Part shown: positions 39,306 to 48,231 of the stretch, piece by piece
Layout: every line of letters starts with the position of its first letter
Position numbering within the stretch: position 1 is the first letter of the stretch
Assembly: GCA_035285025.1 (NCBI GenBank)
Contig: JAYKHY010000029.1
Location: forward strand, 10,955-74,954
Length of the DNA: 64,000 bases
Origin: Vampirovibrionales bacterium
Lineage (GTDB): Bacteria; Cyanobacteriota; Vampirovibrionia; Vampirovibrionales; JAJTHC01
Direction: 5' to 3'
The notes under the pieces: generated by a model
Told to the model about the DNA's origin: nothing
The model's input: the letters and a program-made list of their open reading frames with translations, nothing else
Databases searched by the model: none
Translations under genes and position numbers: made by a program

Positions 39306-42300
39306 ATGCAGGCGCATCTGGCACAAAGTATTCCGGTTAGCCAATGGCCGCAGGCCTATGCGCAAAGCTTGGGCCAAAACGCCCAAACCTTATCGCGCGG
39401 CGTCGAGGGGCGCCCGGTTAACGATCCCGAACTTGCCGCATTAAGCGATAACTTAAAGCGCGGCAGCAGCCTGATGATCGCATCGTTAATATCGGGCGGG
39501 ACCATGGGTAAGCCTATGGCTGGGCGTGAGCTGCTTGGATTCGCGGGCTGGTACGCAGCCATGGCGGCAACGCCACGCCTACGAAACATCTTGACCCGCC
39601 TTACGACCGGGTTGCCCATGGGGCAAACGTTTGTGAGCACGCAAGGTGAGCGGCAGCGGGTTTTTAACGAATCCAGCCGAATTCCTCGGCATTTGTTACC
39701 GCAATCCATGCAGCAGCGCGTTGCGCGTCGTATTAACGATACGCTCGATAACGTTCAGGATTCGATGCAAAAAATTTCGGCTCAGGCCGAGACGGCTTGG
39801 CTGCTTGCGGCAGGGCCGTTAACGCCTGTTTTGGCAAGCGCATTGAATCACGTGACCGCGGAACCCATTGGTCGCGGGGTGCATGCGTTGCAAAAGGCAC
39901 TGCCTGCATCGCCCGAGATTCAACTTAAGCGTCTGGCGGGCGAAGGCACGAGCGATTTGACGCACTGGTGGCACGATTTTGATCGCGCACTGACGCGGGG
40001 CTTGAACCTGGGGTCGCTAAAGCACGGCCTGCAAAGTACGCCTCAACAATTGGCCCAACATTTGCATAGCCTCGGTCAGCACCCCGAGCAGCTCGCCCAC
40101 GCCAAAACACTTTTTGAAACCCAGCGCACCAATATTAATGCGATTGTATCCCAAAGTACCCCCTTGATAGAAAAATCGAATAGTGAAGCAGGGCGCGCAG
40201 CTGAGCATGCGATTAGCGGGGCGCGCAACAGCCTGCGCCGGTACCGGTATCTGCTGGAAAAACTCCCCACGCTTAGCAAGGCACAGATCGAGACCGCGCT
40301 CAATGGCAACACGCTAGCCGAATTCCAGAAAATGATAACCGCGGGCCGATTTAAAACCGCCATGGCGATGCTGGGCGATTGCCCCGATGCAACCAACACG
40401 CTTGCCGCCGCTTTACGCGGGCGTAAATTTAACGAAGCCTTCAAACGGTTTGGCGTGCATCCGGCCAAGCACCTGCAGCAACTTGCCGAAGCCTCGTTGC
40501 GGACGCGCTTATGGCGCACGCGGTATTTGGGTATGTTGGGCGGCGGCGTTGCCGCAAGTTGGGCGTTATATAGCGCGCTTGCGCCTAAAAAATCGCCACC
40601 GGCGCAACATCAGCACGTTACCAGTGCTAACGCGACCAACTTAAACCAGTTAACGCAAGATCCTAAAATGCAAAAAGCCTTGCACTCGGCGGCGCAAAAC
40701 GGCTCGTTAGATGTTGGCGTGCTCAGCCAGATGCCTGCGGCAGAAGGGTTTAAGTTGCTCCAGGCTAAGCCGATGGATACCGCGAATGCGCCCCGCTTCG
40801 GGCAGACTCCGTTTGTGCCAGGTATGGGCTCGTTTACGCCCGCAATGCCGCTTAACACTCAGCCGCGTTTAGCGTTTGCGCCGCCATTACAAGACGCGCG
40901 GCGCATCGCCGGTGCACCAGCCGCCGGATACGATGCGCCTATTCAAAACTATAATTCTGTCGCAGGTGCGTCAGCCGCCGGATACGATACGCCTTTTAAA
41001 AACACGCCCGCCATGCCCTTAAAACGCATGCTGCAAAAGAATCAGGCCCAAATTTACGCCATTAACATCCGGACGTTTGCCGCACAAGATAAAAACGGCG
41101 ACGGCAAGTTCGACTGGCAAATGGGCGAAACCGGTACGTTTCTCAACGCCATCAATCGGCTTGATGAACTGAAGGCGATGGGCATAAATACCATTCATTT
41201 GCTGCCGATTGTGGATTCTGCCGACATGCTGAAATACGGCAATGCAGGCAGCGTGTACGCCGCCGAAAACATGCACCGCGTGAACCCGCAGTTTGTTTCG
41301 CCCCAAGAGCAAGCCGCCTTTGCGGCGACGCATAACGGCCAAAAACTGACGCCAGAACTGGCGGCGCGCATGTTTGTTGATGCGTGCCACGCACGCGGGA
41401 TTGCGGTGATGGCCGATGTGCCCAGCTGCGCAGGGTTGGATTTGGCGATTGCCAAACCAGAGCTCATTGAGCTGGATAAGCAAGGGCATTTTAAAATCCC
41501 CAACAACTGGGTCGATATTTTGATGATGAAACCCGATGGGCCCGAAGTGCGGCAGTATTTTGACGGATTCTTCAAGTTAATGGCTAACGGGCTGGGCGTA
41601 GACGGGTTCCGGGCCGATGTTGCGCGCGCCCGAACCGATGATTTTTGGCGTTGGGCCATTGGCCAATACCCCAATCATGGTTGGTTGGGCGAGACGTATA
41701 CGGAAGAAACGTCCGCGATTAACAATATTCCAGCGGATCGCCCCGCCGAGTTGCTGAAGGCCGGATTTGACAATGTGTACGGGCAGTTTCACATCTTCCA
41801 CAACTTGCACAGCGCCGACGATTACATCCAGTACCTGACAAACGCGTACGAGCACGAGTTGTTACCTGCCGCCCAAGCTGGGCGAGGCGGTAAATCTTTA
41901 TTGGGCTCGTTTTACACGCACGACGATCACAGCTCGTTTAACGTAGGCGGCCCGTTATTGATGTTGCTGCAAGCGGGCTTAATGGCGAGCCAGCCGTGGA
42001 CGACGCCTTACGTGATTGATGGCCAGCAAACCGGCGACCCCAAAGACCTGGATATTTTTAACTTTGGCCCGCGCCCCGGTGGGAATAATCCAGAAATTGC
42101 TGCGATGATGCAGCACCTGTTTACGTTGCGAAATTCAACAGCGCCCAGCGCGCCTTTCATGACCAATGCTGCGCCAGGCGCTCCGGCTATTGGCGATGTC
42201 CTGCGCTCGGGAGCGTTTATTCCGTTGCCGGTTAGCAAGCCGCGCGACGGTGCAAACCAGATTATTGCCTTTGCGCGCCATTTAAACGGTAAAACCGTGT

Positions 42301-42554
42301 TGGTACTGGCCAATAAAGACCTGAACGCGCGCAGCGCTGGCAAGATTACCCTGCCCGGTGCCCTGCCGGGCATGGCCATGGCTCGCCTGACGCCAGCCTA
42401 CGGCCAGCCCAGTCAGATTAAACTGAACGAAGTGGGCGCGCTGAGCGTGGATTTGGCCCCGGGCACCTTCCATATGTTTGAAGTCGCGTTGCCTAATTTA
42501 CCCATTAACGCCGCAAATGCTGGCTTAAAAGCGTATCCTGGAGTGTTGGGGTAA
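39306..42554 (+). CDS. Membrane-anchored GH13 (alpha-amylase family) protein with an N-terminal domain of unknown function
   Basis: The C-terminal half carries GH13 regions: region II DGFRADVARA, region III WLGETYTEE, region IV FYTHDDHS, and an LPIVDS TIM-barrel start. A single predicted TM helix (YLGMLGGGVAASWALYSALAP) sits near residue 430. I chose the start at the Met at 39306, just after the upstream stop. Confidence 0.7.
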   Translation: MQAHLAQSIPVSQWPQAYAQSLGQNAQTLSRGVEGRPVNDPELAALSDNLKRGSSLMIASLISGGTMGKPMAGRELLGFAGWYAAMAATPRLRNILTRLTTGLPMGQTFVSTQGERQRVFNESSRIPRHLLPQSMQQRVARRINDTLDNVQDSMQKISAQAETAWLLAAGPLTPVLASALNHVTAEPIGRGVHALQKALPASPEIQLKRLAGEGTSDLTHWWHDFDRALTRGLNLGSLKHGLQSTPQQLAQHLHSLGQHPEQLAHAKTLFETQRTNINAIVSQSTPLIEKSNSEAGRAAEHAISGARNSLRRYRYLLEKLPTLSKAQIETALNGNTLAEFQKMITAGRFKTAMAMLGDCPDATNTLAAALRGRKFNEAFKRFGVHPAKHLQQLAEASLRTRLWRTRYLGMLGGGVAASWALYSALAPKKSPPAQHQHVTSANATNLNQLTQDPKMQKALHSAAQNGSLDVGVLSQMPAAEGFKLLQAKPMDTANAPRFGQTPFVPGMGSFTPAMPLNTQPRLAFAPPLQDARRIAGAPAAGYDAPIQNYNSVAGASAAGYDTPFKNTPAMPLKRMLQKNQAQIYAINIRTFAAQDKNGDGKFDWQMGETGTFLNAINRLDELKAMGINTIHLLPIVDSADMLKYGNAGSVYAAENMHRVNPQFVSPQEQAAFAATHNGQKLTPELAARMFVDACHARGIAVMADVPSCAGLDLAIAKPELIELDKQGHFKIPNNWVDILMMKPDGPEVRQYFDGFFKLMANGLGVDGFRADVARARTDDFWRWAIGQYPNHGWLGETYTEETSAINNIPADRPAELLKAGFDNVYGQFHIFHNLHSADDYIQYLTNAYEHELLPAAQAGRGGKSLLGSFYTHDDHSSFNVGGPLLMLLQAGLMASQPWTTPYVIDGQQTGDPKDLDIFNFGPRPGGNNPEIAAMMQHLFTLRNSTAPSAPFMTNAAPGAPAIGDVLRSGAFIPLPVSKPRDGANQIIAFARHLNGKTVLVLANKDLNARSAGKITLPGALPGMAMARLTPAYGQPSQIKLNEVGALSVDLAPGTFHMFEVALPNLPINAANAGLKAYPGVLG

Positions 42555-42667
42555 GTATGGGCTATCAAGGGTGTTGGTATTTAAAACCAAAACAGCTTGC
42601 CAAAGGGGGCAAGCTGCTGGTTTTGACTATCAAGCTGGTTTTGACTATCAAGAAGTTTTTAAGTTTA

Positions 42668-43189
42668 TTAGCCTTTTTTAATAGGCCTCAAGATGTTTTG
42701 ACCTTTTGCTACCCGGAGTCCTGTTTTAATAGGGTTCAAGATGTCTTTACCTACCTGTTGAGCTACCTCCGAGAGTTGGTTGAAGGTTTGACGACCTGTT
42801 TGATCAGCTTGCAAAGCCAGATATTTACTGTTGTAACGAAGTTGATTCAAACCGGACATCAATGTCTGGGCTGTATAGCTATCTGCAAAAGCTCTTCGGG
42901 TGGCAATATCGGCCGGAATGATTTTTTGGAGCCAAGTGTCTCTGACCACTTTAGTCAGTTCTGGAGCCGTTTTTGGGGAGGCTTGAGCTTCTTGTTTCAA
43001 GCCGACCCAAGCTTTGTTTGCAATACCCCCCAAATCGCTCCCAATACCAGACGTCGCTGTGATAGGAGCGCTTGTCGGTAAATGTAAAGGCGCTTTAAGT
43101 ACCTTGACAACATCTCCCCCGCCATAAAGCGCCGTCCGCGCAGCTAAATCTAGAGAAAAGCCTTTAACCAATAAATTTTTGAAATTCAT
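42668..43189 (-). CDS. Hypothetical Ala/Lys/Gln-rich helical protein (173 aa) encoded antisense between the two GH13-like genes
   Basis: Its composition is more protein-like than the overlapping plus-strand ORF. The C-terminus is encoded by imperfect 28-bp direct repeats (ILNPIK/ILRPIK). Confidence 0.35.
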   Translation of the reverse strand: MNFKNLLVKGFSLDLAARTALYGGGDVVKVLKAPLHLPTSAPITATSGIGSDLGGIANKAWVGLKQEAQASPKTAPELTKVVRDTWLQKIIPADIATRRAFADSYTAQTLMSGLNQLRYNSKYLALQADQTGRQTFNQLSEVAQQVGKDILNPIKTGLRVAKGQNILRPIKKG

Positions 43190-43365
43190 CTCAAAATCTC
43201 CCCTTCAAATTGATTCAACAAACTAGCCCTAACGTGATCTTATTTAACCGGTTCTCTAATGTATGGATAAAACCATTTGGCTTTTTTTGTGCATGACCTA
43301 ATGTTTTAAAAACAGACTTTAAAGCCTTTGCACTTTTTTTGCTTCAGTCGTTTTAAAGAAACACG

Positions 43366-46300
43366 ATGCGTATTCAGCCCAACACGCCCCTAAAAACGCC
43401 CCAAAAACCAAGCTTCTCCGGATACCGCCCGCACCCGGAGGCCCCTGGCCATGCGCAGATTTATCATCCTGACGCGATTAGCGCTAAAACCGTGAGCGTC
43501 ACTATCCGCGAGCCGCAAGGCAACAACACGCAAGCAGACACCGAAAAAACCTACGCCCTGGAGCAAACCCCCGACAAGCGCCAGTGGGTACTAAAAACCC
43601 CGGTTAAGGCTGGCAGCCATTACGCCTTGATGATTGACGGCAAGCGCCACCTGGATGCCTTGCATACACAGCTTTTAACCAGCGACAGCGTTTCCCGCGC
43701 AGGCGCGGGCGCCATCGCGTCTCAAGCATTGCCGTTTAATGTTATCGATAATCCGATTCGCCCAGCGCTGTTGCGCTCGCCCGGCAGCATGCTCGATATT
43801 TTCCAGCATAGCCTTCGGCAGTCTGGTAATGGGTCTGCGGGTACTCCAGGTACTCGTATCACAACCCACTTTAATCAAAAACAGGGCTCGGTGGGTAAGG
43901 CGTTAAATACGCTGCTTAAACAGCCTAATATGGATGCGGCGAAAACCGTTTTGCTCAAGCCGTTTAGCCAGGGCGGCTACTGGATTGAGAACCCGTACCA
44001 GCTAGACCCCCAGAGTTTTGCCAACGAGCCCGAATTTGACGCGTTTTTAGACACGTTGCTCGCCAACAATCAGCAGCCTGCCATGGATTTAGCGTTGGTC
44101 AACCAGAATATGACGGGCGGGCAGTATCAGGCCAACCTGATTCATGGCGCGCGCAGCCCGTTTTGGGAATGGTTCCGAGATAATCAAGCGGAGCGTTCGC
44201 TTGAATCCCCGCTGCCGCGCGTGCTGCAAGAAGGCTTTAAACACGGCATATTGCCTACCAAGTATGATCCAAGCACAGGGCATCGTGATCAAATTGACTA
44301 CGAGCGTTTTCAAGTGCATCTCTCCAATGCGCCGAGCCAGTCTAACTACCAACCTCTTCAGCAAACCTGGCTGAAAATTACGCCCACGCCCTTGTCTGAT
44401 GATCACGCTTACGGCCCGGAAGACAGCGTGCATCCGTACGAGTTTCCGGTTGATGCCAACCTGGCGCAGGAAAAACTCGCCGAGGCCCAAGCGCGTGGCC
44501 TGAAGCCCAACGACGAAGCTTACAAACGCCTTATGTTGGATTGGCCGGCTACCCGTTCTGAGGGGGGGGCTCGCCCGGCGCAAACTATTGATGCGCAATG
44601 CCGCGATGATGCTTTAGCCAAATGGAACGGGAATGTTGATGTTCCTTCGCTGAATCCTGATAATCCGCAAGTACGTGCTTATTTACAGGGTGCCGTCACG
44701 CACTGGGTGGCGCGTGTTGTTAATCATCAACGCGCGGCACTGGCCCAGCAACTGCCCAATGACTTAACCCCCGCAACGCTGTTGGCATTTGAACAACAAC
44801 GCTTTAAGGGCCTGCCCGTATTGCCCGATGCCGCGCTAAATCAGGCGCTTACGCCGCCAAAGCCCCAGGGCGAACCGGCGCAAGTACTCACGCAAAAGCT
44901 AACGCATCAGTACGCGTTAAGCGCTTTGCCGTTGCCGAGAACGCTCAACCATTGGCTTTCTGCAGTTAGCCTGCCAGAATTTAACAAAGGGCTTCAAAAC
45001 ACGGCACCTGGCGGCTGGTTTGCAGGCGAGGGTTTTGCGCACGCGCTGCAAAATAAGCTCGAGGCTGCTACCCGGCAGCTCCCGCAGCCGGAGCAGGCAA
45101 AGCTGTCTAGCGATCTGGTTCAGCTGGTGATTTTACAAAAACTTGCCCCCAAGCTGTATTTGCAATTGCTAACGGGCTCGCCCGATGCGAACGGAGCGGG
45201 TGAGCGCCTGCTAAAGCATTTGCCGCAAGTTGTGTTAAAAAGTGATCCCGTCACCGTGGCACGCTTGCTGCCAGAAACTTTGACCCGTCAACTTAATGAG
45301 CTGCCACCAGAAACGGTTGCGCATTGGCTTACAGAAGCGCTTGAGCCCCTTGACCCGGTTAAGTTGAGCGTGGCCGATGCATTAATTAATCACCACGAGC
45401 TTGGGCCTAATTTAAGGCTTGATGCCGCGAAAGACGTTGCCGACTTTGATCCGGTTTACGCCGCCCCAACCCCCGAGGCACGAGAAAAAGCGCTCGATAA
45501 AAGCATGCAACATGTCGTTGGCTTCTGGAACGAACTGCTTGCGCCAGCAAAGGCGATTTATCCTGCCTTGCGTATCGGTGCCGAGGTCACAGATATCCAT
45601 TTATTGGGCGACGGTAAGCCAGAGTTAATGAAAAAAAGCTACGAGACCCTGATGCAGGCGTTTGATAGCATGCCTGAAATGGACCATGGCTTTAGTAAAC
45701 TGCACGAGCTGGTGCATTACGCCCAACGACCCTTTGAGGCGGGCAATAGCCAGGTTGAACCGTTTGAAGGGAACGCCAAAGCTAACTTCTGGAATGAGCT
45801 TTCTGCGCGGGCGCATAAAATTCCGCTGAAAACCCAGCACAACTATCAAACCTTGGGCAGCAGCCACGATTACGCCACGGTGACGCACAACCTGCTGCAT
45901 AACCCGTTACTGTTTTTTGCCAACGATGAACCCTACCGCGGCGTTAAAGACGAGTTTTCGGATGCCCGCCTGGAGCTGAGCAGCAAGGCCGTGTTTGAGC
46001 CCGTTCGCGCGCAATTAAAACAAGCGGGCATCGAAAATCCCGGCGACGCGCTGTACAAACTTGAGCAGCACTTGGCCAAGGTTAACAATCCGCTGGTTCA
46101 AGGCGTTTTAGATGGCAAAGCCAAGGAAGCCAGCAATATGCTTGGCCCCACCCCTCGCGATTTAAAAGCCGCGTCGCTTAAGGCTGTTGCGCAAGTGGCC
46201 TCGGCGCAAGCGCTGGGTTTACCAAACGACGATGCTAAAGCTGCCCTAATCCAGGCCTATGAGCGCGTATTGCTCGAGCCCAGCGCCGCCAAGGCCAAGC

Positions 46301-47178
46301 GCGCGGTGCTGAATAACGCTTTAGTCAGCTATTTTAAAGCCAACAAAACGCCAGAAGCACAGCAGCAGCAACTTTTTAAAGCGATTCTGGATGCCAGCTT
46401 GCCCGAAAACGCCAACGATAGCCGTGCTAGCCAACGCTTTGGCTACTTGCCGCTCGAGGCCGCCTGGGATCAGGTTTTAAAACGCCTGCCCCAAACATTT
46501 GCGCTTAACGGGTTGCGCGGAGCCGACCTTAAACAGGCCCTTATGACGCGCACGCTGCAAACCACGCAGCTACCCCAAAAATTCGAACGCCTGGTCGCCA
46601 TGCAGGTGGCCCTGCCGGGGCAACCTTCGGTGTATTTGCACGATTTATTTGCCCCCAGTGGCGGCGAGACTGATAACAACGCCTTTGTCCAAAACCGGAA
46701 CGAAATTTTTGTAACCACAGGCCGTGGTGATACGCCAGCACAAACACAGATGAAACAAAAAACGCTGGCCTTGCTCGCGTTGCGCAAAACTTTACCCGTC
46801 CTGAACGACGGGCTGGTGCGTGACGTTGCGCCAGAAAAAGCCCAGCAAGTGGCTTTAAATCAGGCAGGTGTTATGCCGATTGTCCGTGATAACGGGCGCG
46901 ATCAAGCGATTGTGCTAATTAACACCGGAAAACCCGCCGCCATCGATTGGTCGAACCGTGTGGGCGGCCTTGAGACCTACGGTCACCCTAGCGCAACGCA
47001 ACCCGTGGCTCGAAACTTTAAGCTGGACTTAAGCGCCCTGGATATGCCCGTGGGGACGCAATACCAGTCAATCGATTCGGGTGAGCGTTACGAGCTTAAC
47101 GCACAGCATCAGTTGGTGCATAGCAAAACCAAGCAGGGGATCGACATCGAAACGGTCAAGGCGCTTAAGCGCCTGTAA
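43366..47178 (+). CDS. Giant CBM48-like + GH13-like (alpha-amylase superfamily) protein, 1270 aa; catalytic status uncertain
   Basis: The N-terminal ~100 aa resemble CBM48/E-set domains (YHPDAISAKTVSVTIREP…GSHYALMIDGKRH). A DVPSLNPDNPQVRAYLQGAVTHW motif is typical of GH13 between regions I and II, and LGSSHD resembles region IV. I could not find a clear GFRxD nucleophile motif. Confidence 0.55.
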   Translation: MRIQPNTPLKTPQKPSFSGYRPHPEAPGHAQIYHPDAISAKTVSVTIREPQGNNTQADTEKTYALEQTPDKRQWVLKTPVKAGSHYALMIDGKRHLDALHTQLLTSDSVSRAGAGAIASQALPFNVIDNPIRPALLRSPGSMLDIFQHSLRQSGNGSAGTPGTRITTHFNQKQGSVGKALNTLLKQPNMDAAKTVLLKPFSQGGYWIENPYQLDPQSFANEPEFDAFLDTLLANNQQPAMDLALVNQNMTGGQYQANLIHGARSPFWEWFRDNQAERSLESPLPRVLQEGFKHGILPTKYDPSTGHRDQIDYERFQVHLSNAPSQSNYQPLQQTWLKITPTPLSDDHAYGPEDSVHPYEFPVDANLAQEKLAEAQARGLKPNDEAYKRLMLDWPATRSEGGARPAQTIDAQCRDDALAKWNGNVDVPSLNPDNPQVRAYLQGAVTHWVARVVNHQRAALAQQLPNDLTPATLLAFEQQRFKGLPVLPDAALNQALTPPKPQGEPAQVLTQKLTHQYALSALPLPRTLNHWLSAVSLPEFNKGLQNTAPGGWFAGEGFAHALQNKLEAATRQLPQPEQAKLSSDLVQLVILQKLAPKLYLQLLTGSPDANGAGERLLKHLPQVVLKSDPVTVARLLPETLTRQLNELPPETVAHWLTEALEPLDPVKLSVADALINHHELGPNLRLDAAKDVADFDPVYAAPTPEAREKALDKSMQHVVGFWNELLAPAKAIYPALRIGAEVTDIHLLGDGKPELMKKSYETLMQAFDSMPEMDHGFSKLHELVHYAQRPFEAGNSQVEPFEGNAKANFWNELSARAHKIPLKTQHNYQTLGSSHDYATVTHNLLHNPLLFFANDEPYRGVKDEFSDARLELSSKAVFEPVRAQLKQAGIENPGDALYKLEQHLAKVNNPLVQGVLDGKAKEASNMLGPTPRDLKAASLKAVAQVASAQALGLPNDDAKAALIQAYERVLLEPSAAKAKRAVLNNALVSYFKANKTPEAQQQQLFKAILDASLPENANDSRASQRFGYLPLEAAWDQVLKRLPQTFALNGLRGADLKQALMTRTLQTTQLPQKFERLVAMQVALPGQPSVYLHDLFAPSGGETDNNAFVQNRNEIFVTTGRGDTPAQTQMKQKTLALLALRKTLPVLNDGLVRDVAPEKAQQVALNQAGVMPIVRDNGRDQAIVLINTGKPAAIDWSNRVGGLETYGHPSATQPVARNFKLDLSALDMPVGTQYQSIDSGERYELNAQHQLVHSKTKQGIDIETVKALKRL

Positions 47179-47376
47179 TATTGATGAATCTGCTTAAGCG
47201 CCTGTAATTATTGATGAATCTGCTTAGGCATCTGTAGGCGTTTAGCCTTTGAGCCCGTTTAACAAGGTTAAGGCGTCAAGTCATGAATAATAAGCCTGAA
47301 AAAAGCGAACCAGCCCTGGGGCCGATTCGCTTTTTCAAAATCTTTAGACGTTAACGTTCAGAAAATTTAGGTGTTT

Positions 47377-48231
47377 TTAGCTCACCGAAGGGTTAAAAGC
47401 CTTAGGAATCACAGGCGCTTTTTCGTTCATAGGCGTCGGCGGCGTGCGATCGACATAAAGCTTCGGCGTATTGCCCGTTAACTTATCTAATTTAGAGAGC
47501 CGTTTTTCAATTTTGTCCATTAACATAGTTAAACGGTTCATTACGCCAACCCCTTGGCGCTGCCGGGGCGGCCGTTGCGGTGGCATTGCGCACCGCGAAT
47601 GCGATTCAAATCCGCCCTGAGGACCAGGTGGATAAGCAGCCGGGGGCATCATAGGCGGTTGCATTGCACCCATGTTACCAAAGCCGCCGGGGCCATAACT
47701 GCCCGAAAAATTTGGGATAGGCGATCCGGCTGGTGCCGGGAAACCCTGAGGTGACATGCCCTGGGGTTGTGCGCCGCCAAAGGTTTCTTGCAGGTACTGG
47801 TTAAACAGCGCTTGCATCGGTAAACCTTGCGAGGCCTGGCCTGCCTGTGGCACCGGAAACCCAGAAGAATTTGGCACATTACCCGTCGGTTGCGATCCGA
47901 AATACTGGTTGGAAAAAAACATTCCGGTCGGGAGCTGAGCTTGCCCGTTATTTTGTGCCCCAAACTGGTGCATGGCCGATAATCCGTTTTCGCCATTGCT
48001 AAAATTAATGCTGCCCTGCGCGTTAAAGCTGGGGTTAATATTCAGTTGCCCGGATAATTGCCCAATATTAATGGTGTTACCTAACGGCGAACTGAACACG
48101 CCTGGTGCTTGTTGCGGCGTGCCAAAACCCGCACCGGGGGTTTGCATATTAAACGTGGGCTGAAACGCCTGGTTATAAACTACCGGCGCGTTCATGGTGC
48201 CGTAATTCGTAAAATTGTTCGTGTAACTCAT
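47377..48231 (-). CDS. Q/N/G/P-rich low-complexity (prion-like) protein with a basic helical C-terminus
   Basis: I chose the start at the Met at 48231, which is preceded by GAGGAG 9 nt upstream; the ORF track extends it to 48339. The first 230 aa are NQ/GF/PQ-rich, and the C-terminus has a KIEKRLSKLDKL helix. Confidence 0.5.
   Translation of the reverse strand: MSYTNNFTNYGTMNAPVVYNQAFQPTFNMQTPGAGFGTPQQAPGVFSSPLGNTINIGQLSGQLNINPSFNAQGSINFSNGENGLSAMHQFGAQNNGQAQLPTGMFFSNQYFGSQPTGNVPNSSGFPVPQAGQASQGLPMQALFNQYLQETFGGAQPQGMSPQGFPAPAGSPIPNFSGSYGPGGFGNMGAMQPPMMPPAAYPPGPQGGFESHSRCAMPPQRPPRQRQGVGVMNRLTMLMDKIEKRLSKLDKLTGNTPKLYVDRTPPTPMNEKAPVIPKAFNPSVS

Noticed and set aside
42557-43081. Plus-strand 174-aa ORF between the GH13 genes
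   Set aside because: Its Cys-rich, odd composition (CLGCIAICKSSSGG…) looks like a spurious frame. The overlapping minus-strand ORF is more protein-like, though it too has low confidence.
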